Shown: positions 8,701-18,488 of the stretch, piece by piece
How the letters are laid out: every line of letters starts with the position of its first letter
How positions within the stretch are numbered: the stretch's first letter is position 1
Assembly: GCA_035546895.1 (NCBI GenBank)
Contig: DASZVW010000040.1
Span: 1-36,857 of the forward strand
Direction: 5' to 3'
Length of the DNA: 36,857 nt
Origin: Polyangia bacterium
GTDB taxonomy: Bacteria > Myxococcota_A > Polyangia > Fen-1088
The notes under the pieces: generated by a model
The model's database searches: none
What the model was told of the DNA's origin: nothing
The model's input: only the letters and a program-made list of their open reading frames with translations
Position numbers and translations under genes: made by a program

Positions 8701-9066
8701 TCCGTCGGCTCGGAGCTTTGGCCGCCGCTCCGGAGAGCATCCTGCAGGACGAAGAACCGCTCCGGCAGGACGGCGTTGAGCTCGTCTCCAGCCAGCGGAC
8801 GGGCGATCCCTGGCTCGTCGAAGATCTCCCCCGCCACCTTTGCCGCGCCATCGTAGTCCAGGACCACCACCCTCGACACGAGCTCGGGTACCTGCTCGGC
8901 GTGGCGCCGCATCTTGCTGGCGACGACCTGGCGAATCGCCGGCGAGATCCGGTCGGACGCCGCGAGCTCCGGGACCCCGCGGGATCGTGTGCGAGGGGCG
9001 GAGGAGGAGGGCGACCACGAGGGCGCAGCCCAACACGGCCGACGAAACGATGACGGTCCGCTTCAT
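8698..9066 (-). pseudogene. Small secreted protein of unknown function with an apparent frameshift near 8971-8985
   Basis: A good signal peptide (MKRTVIVSSAVLGCALVVALLL) is read in one frame. High third-position GC (GC3) and protein-like sequence then switch to another frame (VPELAASDRISPAIRQVVASKMRRHAEQVPELVSRVVVLDYDGAAKVAGEIFDEPGIARPL...). That second frame has no start codon upstream of ATG 8912. Confidence 0.4.
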
Positions 9067-9068
9067 GC

Positions 9069-11822
9069 TCAGATCTTCCTTTCTGCGCGGATCACGCCGT
9101 CTTCCGCGGCGCCCACGGTGAATCCGAGCCGGGCACAGAGGCGCTGCATGTGTACGTTGGCCTCCAGGACGTCGGCGTAAATCCGTGCGAGGCCCTCCTG
9201 CCGAGCGACCTCGACCAGGCGCGAGAGGAGCTGGCCCCCCACCCCCTGCCCCTGCCAGGGATCGGCCACCAGGAGCGAGAACTCGGCCCCCGTCGCACCC
9301 CGTATGCGTTCGCGGCTCAGGCGGCCAAGCGCGATGATCTGCCGCTGGCCCGGGGACTGCCGCTCGGCCACCAGCGCCAGCTCGCGGTCGTAGTCGGTAA
9401 AGCAGATCCGGACCAGCCGCTCGTGGGCGGTCCGTTCGCCGAGCTCGAGCCCCGCCAGGTAGCGCATGCGGACGCTCTGCTCACTCAGCGTCTGGTGGAA
9501 AGCGACCATCGCCGGCTCGTCCTCGGGTCGGATCGGACGGATCGCGATCGGCGAACCGTCGCGCAGCTCGCCGTGCGAGACGTACGCCGCCGGGTAGGGC
9601 CGGATGGCCGGCCTCGGCAGGCGCTCGTCCGGCGTGTCGGGATCGGCCAGGACCACGCGGGCGTCCAGGGCCACGAGCTCGCCGGCGGACACGAGCAATG
9701 GGTTGACGTCGATCTCCCGGATGCGCGGCTGCTCGATCACGAGGTCGCCGAAGCGAACCAACAGGGCTGCGAGCGCCTCGAGGTCGACCGAGGCCCGGCC
9801 GCGGACGCCCCGCAGGGCCTGGTAGATCTGCGTCTGCTCCATGGCGCGCCGGGCCAGCGTGGTGTTGAGCGGCGGCAGGGCCAGCGCGCGATCCCGGAAC
9901 ACCTCGACCAGCTCGCCGCCGGTGCCGAACAAGATCACCGGCCCGAGCTGCGCGTCGATGCTGCTCCCCAGGATCAGCTCGTAGCCGCCGTGCCGTTCGA
10001 CGCAGGGCTGCACCGTCACGCCGAGGAAGCTTCCGGCCCCCACCTTCGCCGTCACGCTCTCCCGGATGCCGCGAAAGGCGGTTGCCACGGCATTTGCGTC
10101 GCCGAGTCCGAGTCGGACGCCCCCCACGTCGGTCTTGTGGGTCACCGTCCGCGACCAGAGCTTCACCGCGACCGGGAACCCCAACGTTCGCGCCGCCTCT
10201 ACCGCCTCCGCCTCGTCGCGCGCGACCCGGATCGGGGTCACCGGGATCCCGTAGCTGGCGAGCAGCGCCTTCGACTCCTGCTCATCGAGCAGGGTCCGCC
10301 GCTCGGCGTGCGCTGCGCCGATGATCGCCCGCGCGCCAGCCGGCTGCGTCTCGCCGTCGGGCTGCCGCACCGGCGTCTCGTAGAGGCCGCGGAGGTTGTA
10401 GGCGTAGCGCCACATCTGGCAGAAGGTCCGCGCCGCGTCGTCGGGGAACTGGAAGCTCGGGATCCCGGCGCGGTTGAGGATGTCGGCCCCGGCCGCCACG
10501 TCGGCGCCCCCCATCCAGCTCGCCAGGACCGGCTTCCCTTCGATGTGCGCGTGCTTGGCGAGCGCCTCCGCCGTGAGCGTCGGATCGGTCATGTCCTGCG
10601 GCGTGAGGATCGCGAGCAGCCCGTCACTGGCGCCGTCGTCCGCGGCGAGCTGCAGCGCGCTCGCGTAGCGCGCCGGATCGGCGTCGCCCAGGATGTCGAG
10701 CGGGTTGGCGTGGCTCCAGGCGGCCGGCAGGATCGCGTCGAGGCGAGCGAGCGTCTCGCCGGAGAGCGCCGCCAGTTCGCCCCCGCCCGCCACCAGCGCG
10801 TCGGTGGCCAGGACGCCGGGGCCCCCCGCGTTGGTGACGATGGTCAGCCGCCCGCTCCGGGGCCGCGGTTGGCGGCCGAGAACGTCCGCCAGCCGGAAGA
10901 CGTCGCCGATGTCGGTGACCCGCAGGACCCCGCTGCGCCGGAAGGCGGCGTCCAGCACCTCGTCGGACCCGGTGAGCGCGCCGGTGTGCGAGGCGGCCGC
11001 CTTGCTGGCCGCCGCCGAACGGCCCGCCTTGATGACGATGATCGGCTTCGTGAGCGCCACCTCGCGCGCCGCCGACAGGAACGCCCGCGCATCGCCGATC
11101 GACTCCATGTAGAGCACGATGGCGCGCGTCCGTGGATCGTCGCCCAGGTAGTCGATGAGGTCGCCCCAACCGACATCGAGCATTGAACCGAGCGACACGA
11201 AGGCGCTGAACCCCACGCGCTCGCGCAAGCTCCAATCGAGGATCGCCGTCAGCAGCGCGCCGCTCTGGCTGAGGAAGGCCACGTTCCCCGAGAGGGCCAT
11301 GCCGGCGGCGAAGGTGGCGTTGAGCCCCGTCAGCGGGCTCATCACGCCGAGGCAGTTCGGACCCACGACCCGCATCCCGCCCCGCTGCGCCTCCGCGCGC
11401 ACCTGCCGCTCCAGCTCGGCGCCGGCGGGACCTGTCTCGTGAAAGCCGGCAGAGATGATCACCGCAGCGGGTACCGCCCGGTCCACGCACTCGCCGATCA
11501 CCTTAGGCACTGTGGCGGCCGTGGTCACGACGACCGCCAGGTCGACCGCGCCCGGCACGTCGGCGATCGAACGGTAGGCCTTGATTCCGAGCACGCTGTC
11601 GCGCTTCGGGTTGACCGGATAGACGGTGCCGCCAAAGGGGCTGGAGATCAGGTTGTGGAGCAACGTTCGCCCGACGCTGCGGGGCGTTTCGCTGGCCCCG
11701 ATGACCGCCACCGAGCGGGGGCGGAAGAAGGGATCGAGCGGGTGTTGCTTCGCCTGCTTGAGGACGTCGTGGGCCAGGCCCGTCGTGCGCCCGTCTGCTT
11801 GCGCCGGAGGAGGAGTTGGCAT
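9069..11822 (-). CDS. pat: Pat/PatZ-type protein lysine acetyltransferase (ADP-forming acetyl-CoA synthetase-like domains plus a C-terminal GNAT)
   Basis: The N-terminus has a CoA-binding motif ([19 protein letters not shown]...VYPVNPK). Succinyl-CoA-synthetase-like and ATP-grasp regions follow. The C-terminal GNAT reads [49 protein letters not shown]. The start is set at ATG 11822; the ORF extends to 12011. Confidence 0.85.
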   Translation of the reverse strand: MPTPPPAQADGRTTGLAHDVLKQAKQHPLDPFFRPRSVAVIGASETPRSVGRTLLHNLISSPFGGTVYPVNPKRDSVLGIKAYRSIADVPGAVDLAVVVTTAATVPKVIGECVDRAVPAAVIISAGFHETGPAGAELERQVRAEAQRGGMRVVGPNCLGVMSPLTGLNATFAAGMALSGNVAFLSQSGALLTAILDWSLRERVGFSAFVSLGSMLDVGWGDLIDYLGDDPRTRAIVLYMESIGDARAFLSAAREVALTKPIIVIKAGRSAAASKAAASHTGALTGSDEVLDAAFRRSGVLRVTDIGDVFRLADVLGRQPRPRSGRLTIVTNAGGPGVLATDALVAGGGELAALSGETLARLDAILPAAWSHANPLDILGDADPARYASALQLAADDGASDGLLAILTPQDMTDPTLTAEALAKHAHIEGKPVLASWMGGADVAAGADILNRAGIPSFQFPDDAARTFCQMWRYAYNLRGLYETPVRQPDGETQPAGARAIIGAAHAERRTLLDEQESKALLASYGIPVTPIRVARDEAEAVEAARTLGFPVAVKLWSRTVTHKTDVGGVRLGLGDANAVATAFRGIRESVTAKVGAGSFLGVTVQPCVERHGGYELILGSSIDAQLGPVILFGTGGELVEVFRDRALALPPLNTTLARRAMEQTQIYQALRGVRGRASVDLEALAALLVRFGDLVIEQPRIREIDVNPLLVSAGELVALDARVVLADPDTPDERLPRPAIRPYPAAYVSHGELRDGSPIAIRPIRPEDEPAMVAFHQTLSEQSVRMRYLAGLELGERTAHERLVRICFTDYDRELALVAERQSPGQRQIIALGRLSRERIRGATGAEFSLLVADPWQGQGVGGQLLSRLVEVARQEGLARIYADVLEANVHMQRLCARLGFTVGAAEDGVIRAERKI

Positions 11823-11835
11823 CGAGCCGTTCGAG

Positions 11836-11851
11836 TGCAAGCGTTGCGCCA
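11836..11851 (-). promoter_or_regulatory. Candidate sigma-54 -24/-12 promoter, TGGCGCAACGCTTGCA
   Basis: Near-consensus match. The -12 C at 11837 is 15 nt from ATG 11822 of pat. Confidence 0.6.
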
Positions 11852-11858
11852 CTGCACG

Positions 11859-11874
11859 TGGCCAGGATCTTGCC
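11859..11874 (+). promoter_or_regulatory. Candidate sigma-54 -24/-12 promoter, TGGCCAGGATCTTGCC
   Basis: Correct spacing. The -12 C at 11873 is 14 nt from ATG 11887. It lies back-to-back with the pat element, 7 bp away. Confidence 0.55.
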
Positions 11875-11886
11875 TCGTCGAGAAGC

Positions 11887-12195
11887 ATGAAAACCTCCAA
11901 GCCGCTGCTGCGCATTGTCTGCGTCGGGGTTGCACTCCTCTCCGGCTGCGCGACGGCGCCCCGGGCGCGTCCCGAATCAGCGCCGCGCGTCCCTGACTCC
12001 GCGCCCGACAAGGTCGCAGCTCAGCGCGCCGCCGCTGGTCTTCACCTCGAGGAGGAGGACGACCGGTGGGGATTCGAAGCGGCGCGCGAGCTGAAGCAGC
12101 GGAAAGAACAGAAGACGGCGGCGCAGCAGCCCCCGCCTCCCGCCGGTCCCGGCCCCGTCGACCTCGAACAGCCCGCCGACGCCGGCGTCCGCTGA
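11887..12195 (+). CDS. Small lipoprotein of unknown function
   Basis: Signal peptide with lipobox ([21 protein letters not shown]). The mature part is charged and Pro-rich. GC3 is high. Confidence 0.6.
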   Translation: MKTSKPLLRIVCVGVALLSGCATAPRARPESAPRVPDSAPDKVAAQRAAAGLHLEEEDDRWGFEAARELKQRKEQKTAAQQPPPPAGPGPVDLEQPADAGVR

Positions 12196-12297
12196 GTCCC
12201 CAGATGTGTCGTGAGCGTGCGAAGCAACTTCTGCGGGGCTCGTTGCGACTCGCGCAGGTTTTGCGCGGACAGGCGGGTTAGGCCCGATGGTTCTGCC

Positions 12298-12313
12298 TGG
12301 CCCGTCGCTTGAA
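12298..12313 (+). promoter_or_regulatory. Weak sigma-54-like element, TGGCCCGTCGCTTGAA (GA replaces the -12 GC)
   Basis: It has the same geometry as the stronger sites: 14 nt from the -12 position to GTG 12326. It shares GTCGAGA downstream of the -12 with the lipoprotein site. Confidence 0.3.
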
Positions 12314-12325
12314 TAGGTCGAGACC

Positions 12326-13462
12326 GTGCGCGGAATTCTCAAGATCGCCTACAAGCTCCTGGTCAACGACAAGGGGAAGTTCGCCGCGCTGCTGATGGGG
12401 ATCACCTTCGCGGTGTTCCTGATGATCCAGGTGACCTCGATGTTCGCCGGGATGATGCTGAAGGCCTCGGCGACGGTCACCAACACCGGCGCCAAGATGT
12501 GGGTGATGGATCGTGCGGTCACGAACGTGGCCAGCAGCATCCCGATGCCCGACTACGTGCTCGATGCGGTCCGCAGCATGTCGGGCGTCCGCTACGCCGT
12601 GCCGCTCTACTCGGGCGCCGGACTCGCGCGGTTGCGGAGCGGCGCCTATCAGGCAGTGACGGTGCTGGGGCTCGACGACACCAGCCTGTTCGGACGCCCC
12701 AAGCTGATAGATGGCCGCATCGAGGACATCTACGCGGAGAACGGCTTCATCGTCGTCGCCGACGAGGAGCTCCCAAAGCTCGACAACCCCAAGATCGGCA
12801 CCGAGTTCGAGATCAACGACAACCGCGGCGTGATCGTCGGCCTGGCCAAGGTCCCCGCCAGCGGCCTGTTCGGGATCCCGACGCTCTACACGACCTTCAG
12901 TCGGGCGGTCCAGTACATCCCGTCGATGCGCTACACCGTCTCCTACATCCTCGTCGAGCCGACGAGCGACCGGACGGTCCCGCACATCAAGCAGGAGGTC
13001 GCCAAGCTCGGCTACGAGGCGCTCACCGAGCAAGAGTTCATTGACAAGATCACCACCTTCTACAAGTACCGGACGGGGATGGGGATGAACATCCTCATCA
13101 TGACGCTGATCAGCTTCATCGTCGGCCTCTCGATCTCGGGGCAGACGTTCTACACCTTCACGCTCGAGAACCTTGACAAGTTCGGGGCGCTCAAGGCCAT
13201 CGGCGCCAAGCGAAACGAGCTGGTGGCGATGATCCTGCTTCAGGCGGGCGTCACCGCCATCGCGGGGTACGGCCTCGGGATCGGGCTCTGCGCGCTGCTC
13301 ATCGCGGTCGCCAAGCTACGGCTCCCCGACTACGCCTCGGTCATCACCTTCGGCAACCTCGGCGTGGCGTTCGGCATGGTGCTGGTGATCGCCGGGATCT
13401 CCAGCTACATCGCCGTCCGCAAGGTGCTGAAGATCGAACCCTTCGAGATCTTCCGGAGCTGA
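12326..13462 (+). CDS. devC: ABC exporter permease, DevC/FtsX-like family
   Basis: 378 aa. An N-terminal TM helix is followed by a large periplasmic domain and three C-terminal TM helices with the FtsX motif region (FGALKAIGAKRNELVAMILLQAG). GTG start. Confidence 0.85.
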   Translation: MRGILKIAYKLLVNDKGKFAALLMGITFAVFLMIQVTSMFAGMMLKASATVTNTGAKMWVMDRAVTNVASSIPMPDYVLDAVRSMSGVRYAVPLYSGAGLARLRSGAYQAVTVLGLDDTSLFGRPKLIDGRIEDIYAENGFIVVADEELPKLDNPKIGTEFEINDNRGVIVGLAKVPASGLFGIPTLYTTFSRAVQYIPSMRYTVSYILVEPTSDRTVPHIKQEVAKLGYEALTEQEFIDKITTFYKYRTGMGMNILIMTLISFIVGLSISGQTFYTFTLENLDKFGALKAIGAKRNELVAMILLQAGVTAIAGYGLGIGLCALLIAVAKLRLPDYASVITFGNLGVAFGMVLVIAGISSYIAVRKVLKIEPFEIFRS

Positions 13463-13464
13463 CC

Positions 13465-14158
<694 letters not shown>

Positions 14159-14166
<8 letters not shown>

Positions 14167-15244
14167 CCGCATCCTGTTCGGGCTGGTCGCGCTGGGGGTC
14201 CTGGCCGGGCTCGTCAGCGCCTACGTCTACGCGAGGCCCAAGCACCCGCTGCCGCCGGCCTTCAACCCCGCGCCGAACCCCTACGGGCAGGGGATCTACG
14301 CCAACGGCATCGTCGAGAGCTACCAGGAGCACGGCGAGAACGTGAACCTCTACCCGGAGGTGCCGGGGACGATCATCAAGGTGCTGGTCAAGGAGGGCGC
14401 CACCGTCACCCAGGGGACGCCGCTCTTCGTCATCGACGACACCGTGCAACGCGCCGTGGTCGCGCAGCAGGAGGCGCAGGCGGCCGCCGCGCAGGCGCTG
14501 CTGGAGGAGCTGAGGGCACAGCCCCGCCGGGAAAACCTGGACGTGGCGCACGCCCAGGTGGAGATGGCAAGCGCCAACCTCAAGAGCAGCGAAGACCAGC
14601 TGGAGAAGCAGGCGCGCGCCTACAAGCTCGACCCGCGCGCCGTCAGCAAAGACGCCTACGACAACGCCCAGAACGCCGCCAAGGTGGCGCGCGCCAACCT
14701 GGAGGTGGTCGGCCGCCAGTACGAGCTGACCAAAGCCGGTGCCTGGAAGTACGACGTCCGCAACCAGGAGAAGCAGGCCGAGGCGCTGGCCAAGGCGGCC
14801 GCGTCGTCGACGGCGCTGCTCGCCAAGTACACCGTGCGCGCTCCGGCCGACGGCGTCGTCCTGTCGATCAACACCGCCGTCGGCAGCTACGTCTCGCCAC
14901 AGGGCGTGTACGACACTTACACGCAGACCTTCGGCCCGGTCGCGGTGATGGGGAACGGCCGCTCGTTCCTCGGTGTCCGCTGCTACATCGACGAGATCCT
15001 GATCCCGCGCCTTCCCCCCACCGACAAGATGGAGGCCAAGATGTTCGTCCGCGGGACCAGCGTGAGCGTGCCACTGGAGTTCGTCCGCGTTCAACCCTAC
15101 GTCTCGCCCAAGATCCAGCTCTCCAACGAGCGGACCGAGCGCGTTGACCTGCGCGTCCTCCCGGTCATCTTCCGCTTCGCCCCCCCGAAGGGGGTGGACA
15201 TCTACCCCGGCCAACTGGTGGACGTCTATGTCGGCCAGACTTAA
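14159..15244 (+). CDS. devB: Membrane fusion protein (HlyD/DevB family periplasmic adaptor)
   Basis: N-terminal TM helix, lipoyl-like motif (VPGTIIKVLVKEGATVTQGTPLFVIDD), long coiled-coil (AQQEAQAAAAQALLEEL...) and a second lipoyl half (VRAPADGVVLSIN). GTG start overlaps devA by 8 nt. Confidence 0.9.
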
Positions 15245-16694
15245 GCCGCCGGCGGCGGTCGTCTCCGCACTCGCCTTCGCGAGCTGCGCGGTCGGCCCGA
15301 CCTACGTCCGCCCCGAGGCGCCCAAGAGCAAGGGTTACACGGTTGGGGAGTCATTCGGGGCGACGCCGATGGCGGCCGGACAGAGTCAACAGATCGCGGC
15401 GTCGAACGTTTTGACGCCGGACTGGTGGCGGCTGCTTCGCGCGCCGGAGCTCGACGCCATCGTGGCCGACGCGCTCGCCCACAATCCGACGCTCGACGCC
15501 GCAGAGGCGACCTTGCGGAAGACGCAGGACACGTTGCGCGCCGGCTACGGCGTGTTCTTCCCCGATGCGGATCTGAGCGGAGGTGCCTCGCGGCAGAAGT
15601 TCAGCCCGGCCCGCTTCGGATCGGCGGCCGCGCCGAGCGTGTTCAACCTCTTTACGCTCTCGGGAACGGTGAGCTACGCCTTCGACGTCTGGGGCGGCCA
15701 GCGGCGAACGGTAGAGGCCCTGCGGGCGCAGGTGGACGCCCAGCGCTACACAATGATTGGCGCCTACGAGATGATCGCCGGCAACATCGTCAACGCGGTG
15801 ATCGCCGCGGCTGCGTACCAGGCCCAGATCGACGCCACCAACGAGCTGCTCCGCCTGGAGGAGGACCAGGTGCACCTCGGCCACGCGCAGGCCGAGGCGG
15901 GAACGGTCCCCTACTCCAATGTGCTCAGCCTGGAGAGCCAGATCGCGCTCACCCGGGCGACCCTGCCGCCGCTGGCCCAGAAGATCGAGCAGGCGCAGCA
16001 CCTGATCGCGACGCTCGCCGGCCGACTGCCCGGCGACTGGTGCCCGCCGGCCATCCCGCTCGCCGCCCTGGCGCTCCCGACGGAGATCCCGGTCAGCCTC
16101 CCCGCCGCGCTCGTCCGGCAGCGGCCCGACGTCCTGGTCGCCGAGGCTCAGCTCCATGCCAGCACCGCGCAGATTGGCGTCGCCACCGCCGCCATGTTGC
16201 CGAACGTGACCCTCAGCGCGAGCTACGGCCTCAACAGCACGACGGCTGGGGGCTTCGGCTCCAGCAACAGCATGTTCTGGAGCGTCCTCGGCGGTCTGAC
16301 ACAACCCCTGTTCCACGGCGGGGCCCTCTACTACCAGCGCAAGGCGGCGATCGACGCCCGCGACCAGGCCTTCTCCAGTTACCGGCAGACGGTGCTCGGC
16401 GCCTTCCAGCAGATCGCGGACGGCCTCCGGGCGTTGCAGTACGACGGCGACGCGCTCGCCGCCGAGGAGGCCGCCGTCAAGAGCGCCGGCGATGCCTTCC
16501 GACTGGTGCAGATCAACTACGACTCCGGGCTGGTGAGCTACCTCGAGGTCCTGACCGCAAACGCCCAGTACCTCCAGAGCCGCCTCGGCTTCATCCAGGT
16601 GCAGGCGCAGCGGCTGGAGGACACGGTCGCGCTCTTCGTAGCCCTCGGCGGCGGCTGGTGGAATGCCGGCGGCGGGGCCGCCGGCGGGAAGTGA
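15228..16694 (+). CDS. Outer-membrane efflux lipoprotein, NodT family
   Basis: Lipobox (ALAFASCAVGPTYVRPE), WW motif (LTPDWWRLL) and two OEP repeats. The C-terminus (LFVALGGGWW) is typical of NodT. The start ATG 15228 overlaps the end of devB. Confidence 0.9.
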   Translation: MSARLKPPAAVVSALAFASCAVGPTYVRPEAPKSKGYTVGESFGATPMAAGQSQQIAASNVLTPDWWRLLRAPELDAIVADALAHNPTLDAAEATLRKTQDTLRAGYGVFFPDADLSGGASRQKFSPARFGSAAAPSVFNLFTLSGTVSYAFDVWGGQRRTVEALRAQVDAQRYTMIGAYEMIAGNIVNAVIAAAAYQAQIDATNELLRLEEDQVHLGHAQAEAGTVPYSNVLSLESQIALTRATLPPLAQKIEQAQHLIATLAGRLPGDWCPPAIPLAALALPTEIPVSLPAALVRQRPDVLVAEAQLHASTAQIGVATAAMLPNVTLSASYGLNSTTAGGFGSSNSMFWSVLGGLTQPLFHGGALYYQRKAAIDARDQAFSSYRQTVLGAFQQIADGLRALQYDGDALAAEEAAVKSAGDAFRLVQINYDSGLVSYLEVLTANAQYLQSRLGFIQVQAQRLEDTVALFVALGGGWWNAGGGAAGGK

Positions 16695-16698
16695 AGCG

Positions 16699-16986
16699 AT
16701 GTACCGGGCGGCGCTCCACGGCAGGTTGCTGACGCACACCCGGCGCCTCCGCCCGCCGGCCGACGAGACGTTCGCCCGGTCGACCCTGAAGGCGATCACC
16801 TATCGGCTGCTGATCGTCTCGCTGGACTTCGCCGCGCTCTACCTCTTCACGCACAGGCTGTCAGTGGCCGTCGGGTTCACGATCGCGAGCAACGTCTACA
16901 CGACGGTGGCGTACCTGGTTCACGAGCGTTTGTGGGCCAACGTCGCCTGGGGACGGAATTCCGCCCCCGAAGCGCCGTCCCGCTAG
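16699..16986 (+). CDS. DUF2061-like small membrane protein
   Basis: RSTLKAITYRLLIVSLDFAALYLFT ... VAYLVHERLWANVAWG matches the DUF2061 pattern as I remember it. It starts 5 nt after the outer-membrane factor stop. Confidence 0.65.
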   Translation: MYRAALHGRLLTHTRRLRPPADETFARSTLKAITYRLLIVSLDFAALYLFTHRLSVAVGFTIASNVYTTVAYLVHERLWANVAWGRNSAPEAPSR

Positions 16987-17660
16987 ACCGAGCGGGCGTG
17001 GCGGACGTCCTGACCACGGACGTGATAGATGGTCATCTCGGCGATGTTCGCCACGTGATCGGCCATCCTCTCGATCCGCTGGGCGAAGAGAAGAAGGGCC
17101 ACGCCGCGGTCGATCGCCTCTGGAGCGGACTCCATCTCCGTCTTCACCTCGGCGCAGAGCCGGCGCACGGGCTCCCCGAGAGCCGCAGCATTGGCCAGAA
17201 TCTCCGCCGCCTCGGCCGCATCATTGGCGACGAAGGCGTCGAGCACCTCCCGCAAGAGCTCCTGCGCCCTCTCGGCCAGCCCCGGGATGGCCGACGCCGC
17301 GGGCAGCGGCGGCTGTCCGGCGAGCAACCGGACGCCCTCCGCCATGTTCACCGCCAGGTCCCCGATCCGCTCGAGGTCGGTCACCATCTTGAGCGTCGAC
17401 GCCACGAAGCGCAGGTCCGACGCCTCGGGCTGGTAGAGCGCCAGAACGCGGATGCACTGCTCGTCCACCGCGAGCTCCATCTGGTTCACCGCCCTGTCGG
17501 CGTCGATCACGCGGCCCGCGAGCTCCACGTCCCGTTGTACGAAGGCGCGAACCGAGTCGCTCACGTGCGCGTCGACGAGGTGTCCCATCGCGAGGACCTG
17601 CTCGTTGATGGCTCGCAGCTCGCTTTCGAGGCTGGCGTTCGTGTGGGGTCTGTTGGTCAT
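16983..17660 (-). CDS. phoU: Phosphate signalling complex protein PhoU
   Basis: Two PhoU repeats (INEQVLAMGHLVDAHVSDSVRAF...DADRAVNQMELAVDEQCIRVLALYQPEASDLRFV...DLERIGDLAVNMAE, and a second repeat ending RIERMADHVANIAE). Confidence 0.9.
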   Translation of the reverse strand: MTNRPHTNASLESELRAINEQVLAMGHLVDAHVSDSVRAFVQRDVELAGRVIDADRAVNQMELAVDEQCIRVLALYQPEASDLRFVASTLKMVTDLERIGDLAVNMAEGVRLLAGQPPLPAASAIPGLAERAQELLREVLDAFVANDAAEAAEILANAAALGEPVRRLCAEVKTEMESAPEAIDRGVALLLFAQRIERMADHVANIAEMTIYHVRGQDVRHARSV

Positions 17661-17672
17661 GGCATCCGGAGA

Positions 17673-17688
17673 TGCAATCGGCGCACCG
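17673..17688 (-). promoter_or_regulatory. Candidate sigma-54 -24/-12 promoter, CGGTGCGCCGATTGCA
   Basis: Correct spacing with a perfect TTGCA. The -12 C at 17674 is 14 nt from ATG 17660 of phoU. Confidence 0.5.
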
Positions 17689-17735
17689 ACCTCTCGGAAG
17701 CCGGGACGACCGCCGATTTGTGAGTCGAGCCGACT

Positions 17736-18479
17736 TCACAGACCAATGGCGCCCAGAAGCTTGCCAATCAGCGCGCTGGCGGCCATCGCCAGCCCACCGC
17801 CGATCAGGACGCGGAGAGCGGCGCGCAAACGCGGCCCCCCTCCGAGCGCCGCGCCCGACGCGCCCAGCGCCGCCAGCCCCGCGAGAGACACCAACGCCAC
17901 CCCGATCGACCGGAGAGGAACGGGCGCGATCGCGAAGGTCAAGAGGGGAACCGCGGCCAGCGAGGCAAAGCTCAGGGCAGACACACCCGCCGCCTGTAGG
18001 GGCCGCGCCCGCAAGGACTCACGCAGCCCGAGCTCATCTCGCAGGTGGGCCCGGAGACGATCCTGTGAGCTCAACTGCTCGGCGACCTTCCGAGCCAGCT
18101 CGGGCCCGAGGCCCCGCTTCAGATAGATGTCCGTCAGCTCCGCCAGCTCGCCTGCCGGATCCTCGCGGAGCTGACGGCGCTCGAGGGCGACGTCGGCTTC
18201 CTCGACGTCTCGTTGCGACGAGACGGACACGTACTCGCCCGCCGCCATGGCCAGCGCGCCGGCCACCAGACCCGCGGCGCCGGCGACCAAGACGGCTCCC
18301 TTCGAAGCCGACGCCGACGCCACGCCGATGACCAGGCTGGCCGTCGAGACGACGCCGTCGTCCGCGCCGAGCACAGCCGCGCGCAGCCAACTCCCGCGGC
18401 CGATCCGGTGACGCTGGGCGCGAAATGATTTCGAGCCGACACCGGCGGTCACGGACCGTTCGACCCGCGCGCGCACCAT
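17736..18479 (-). CDS. VIT1/CCC1-family (vacuolar iron transporter-like) membrane protein
   Basis: LRAAVLGADDGVVSTASLVIGVA...MAAGEYVSVSSQRD, then a cytoplasmic helical segment and C-terminal TM helices. An AGGAG SD sits directly after the upstream USP stop. Confidence 0.85.
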   Translation of the reverse strand: MVRARVERSVTAGVGSKSFRAQRHRIGRGSWLRAAVLGADDGVVSTASLVIGVASASASKGAVLVAGAAGLVAGALAMAAGEYVSVSSQRDVEEADVALERRQLREDPAGELAELTDIYLKRGLGPELARKVAEQLSSQDRLRAHLRDELGLRESLRARPLQAAGVSALSFASLAAVPLLTFAIAPVPLRSIGVALVSLAGLAALGASGAALGGGPRLRAALRVLIGGGLAMAASALIGKLLGAIGL

Positions 18480-18488
18480 GGATCTCCT

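Noticed and set aside
11823-12011. Longer N-terminal extensions of the pat ORF, including ATG 11888, which is preceded by a GGAGG.
   Set aside because: The extension would overlap the divergent lipoprotein gene, and the GGAGG is simply the complement of its codons. GC3 is lower than in the body of the gene. Pat homologues begin shortly before the CoA-binding motif. The -24/-12 geometry points to ATG 11822. The start remains unproven.
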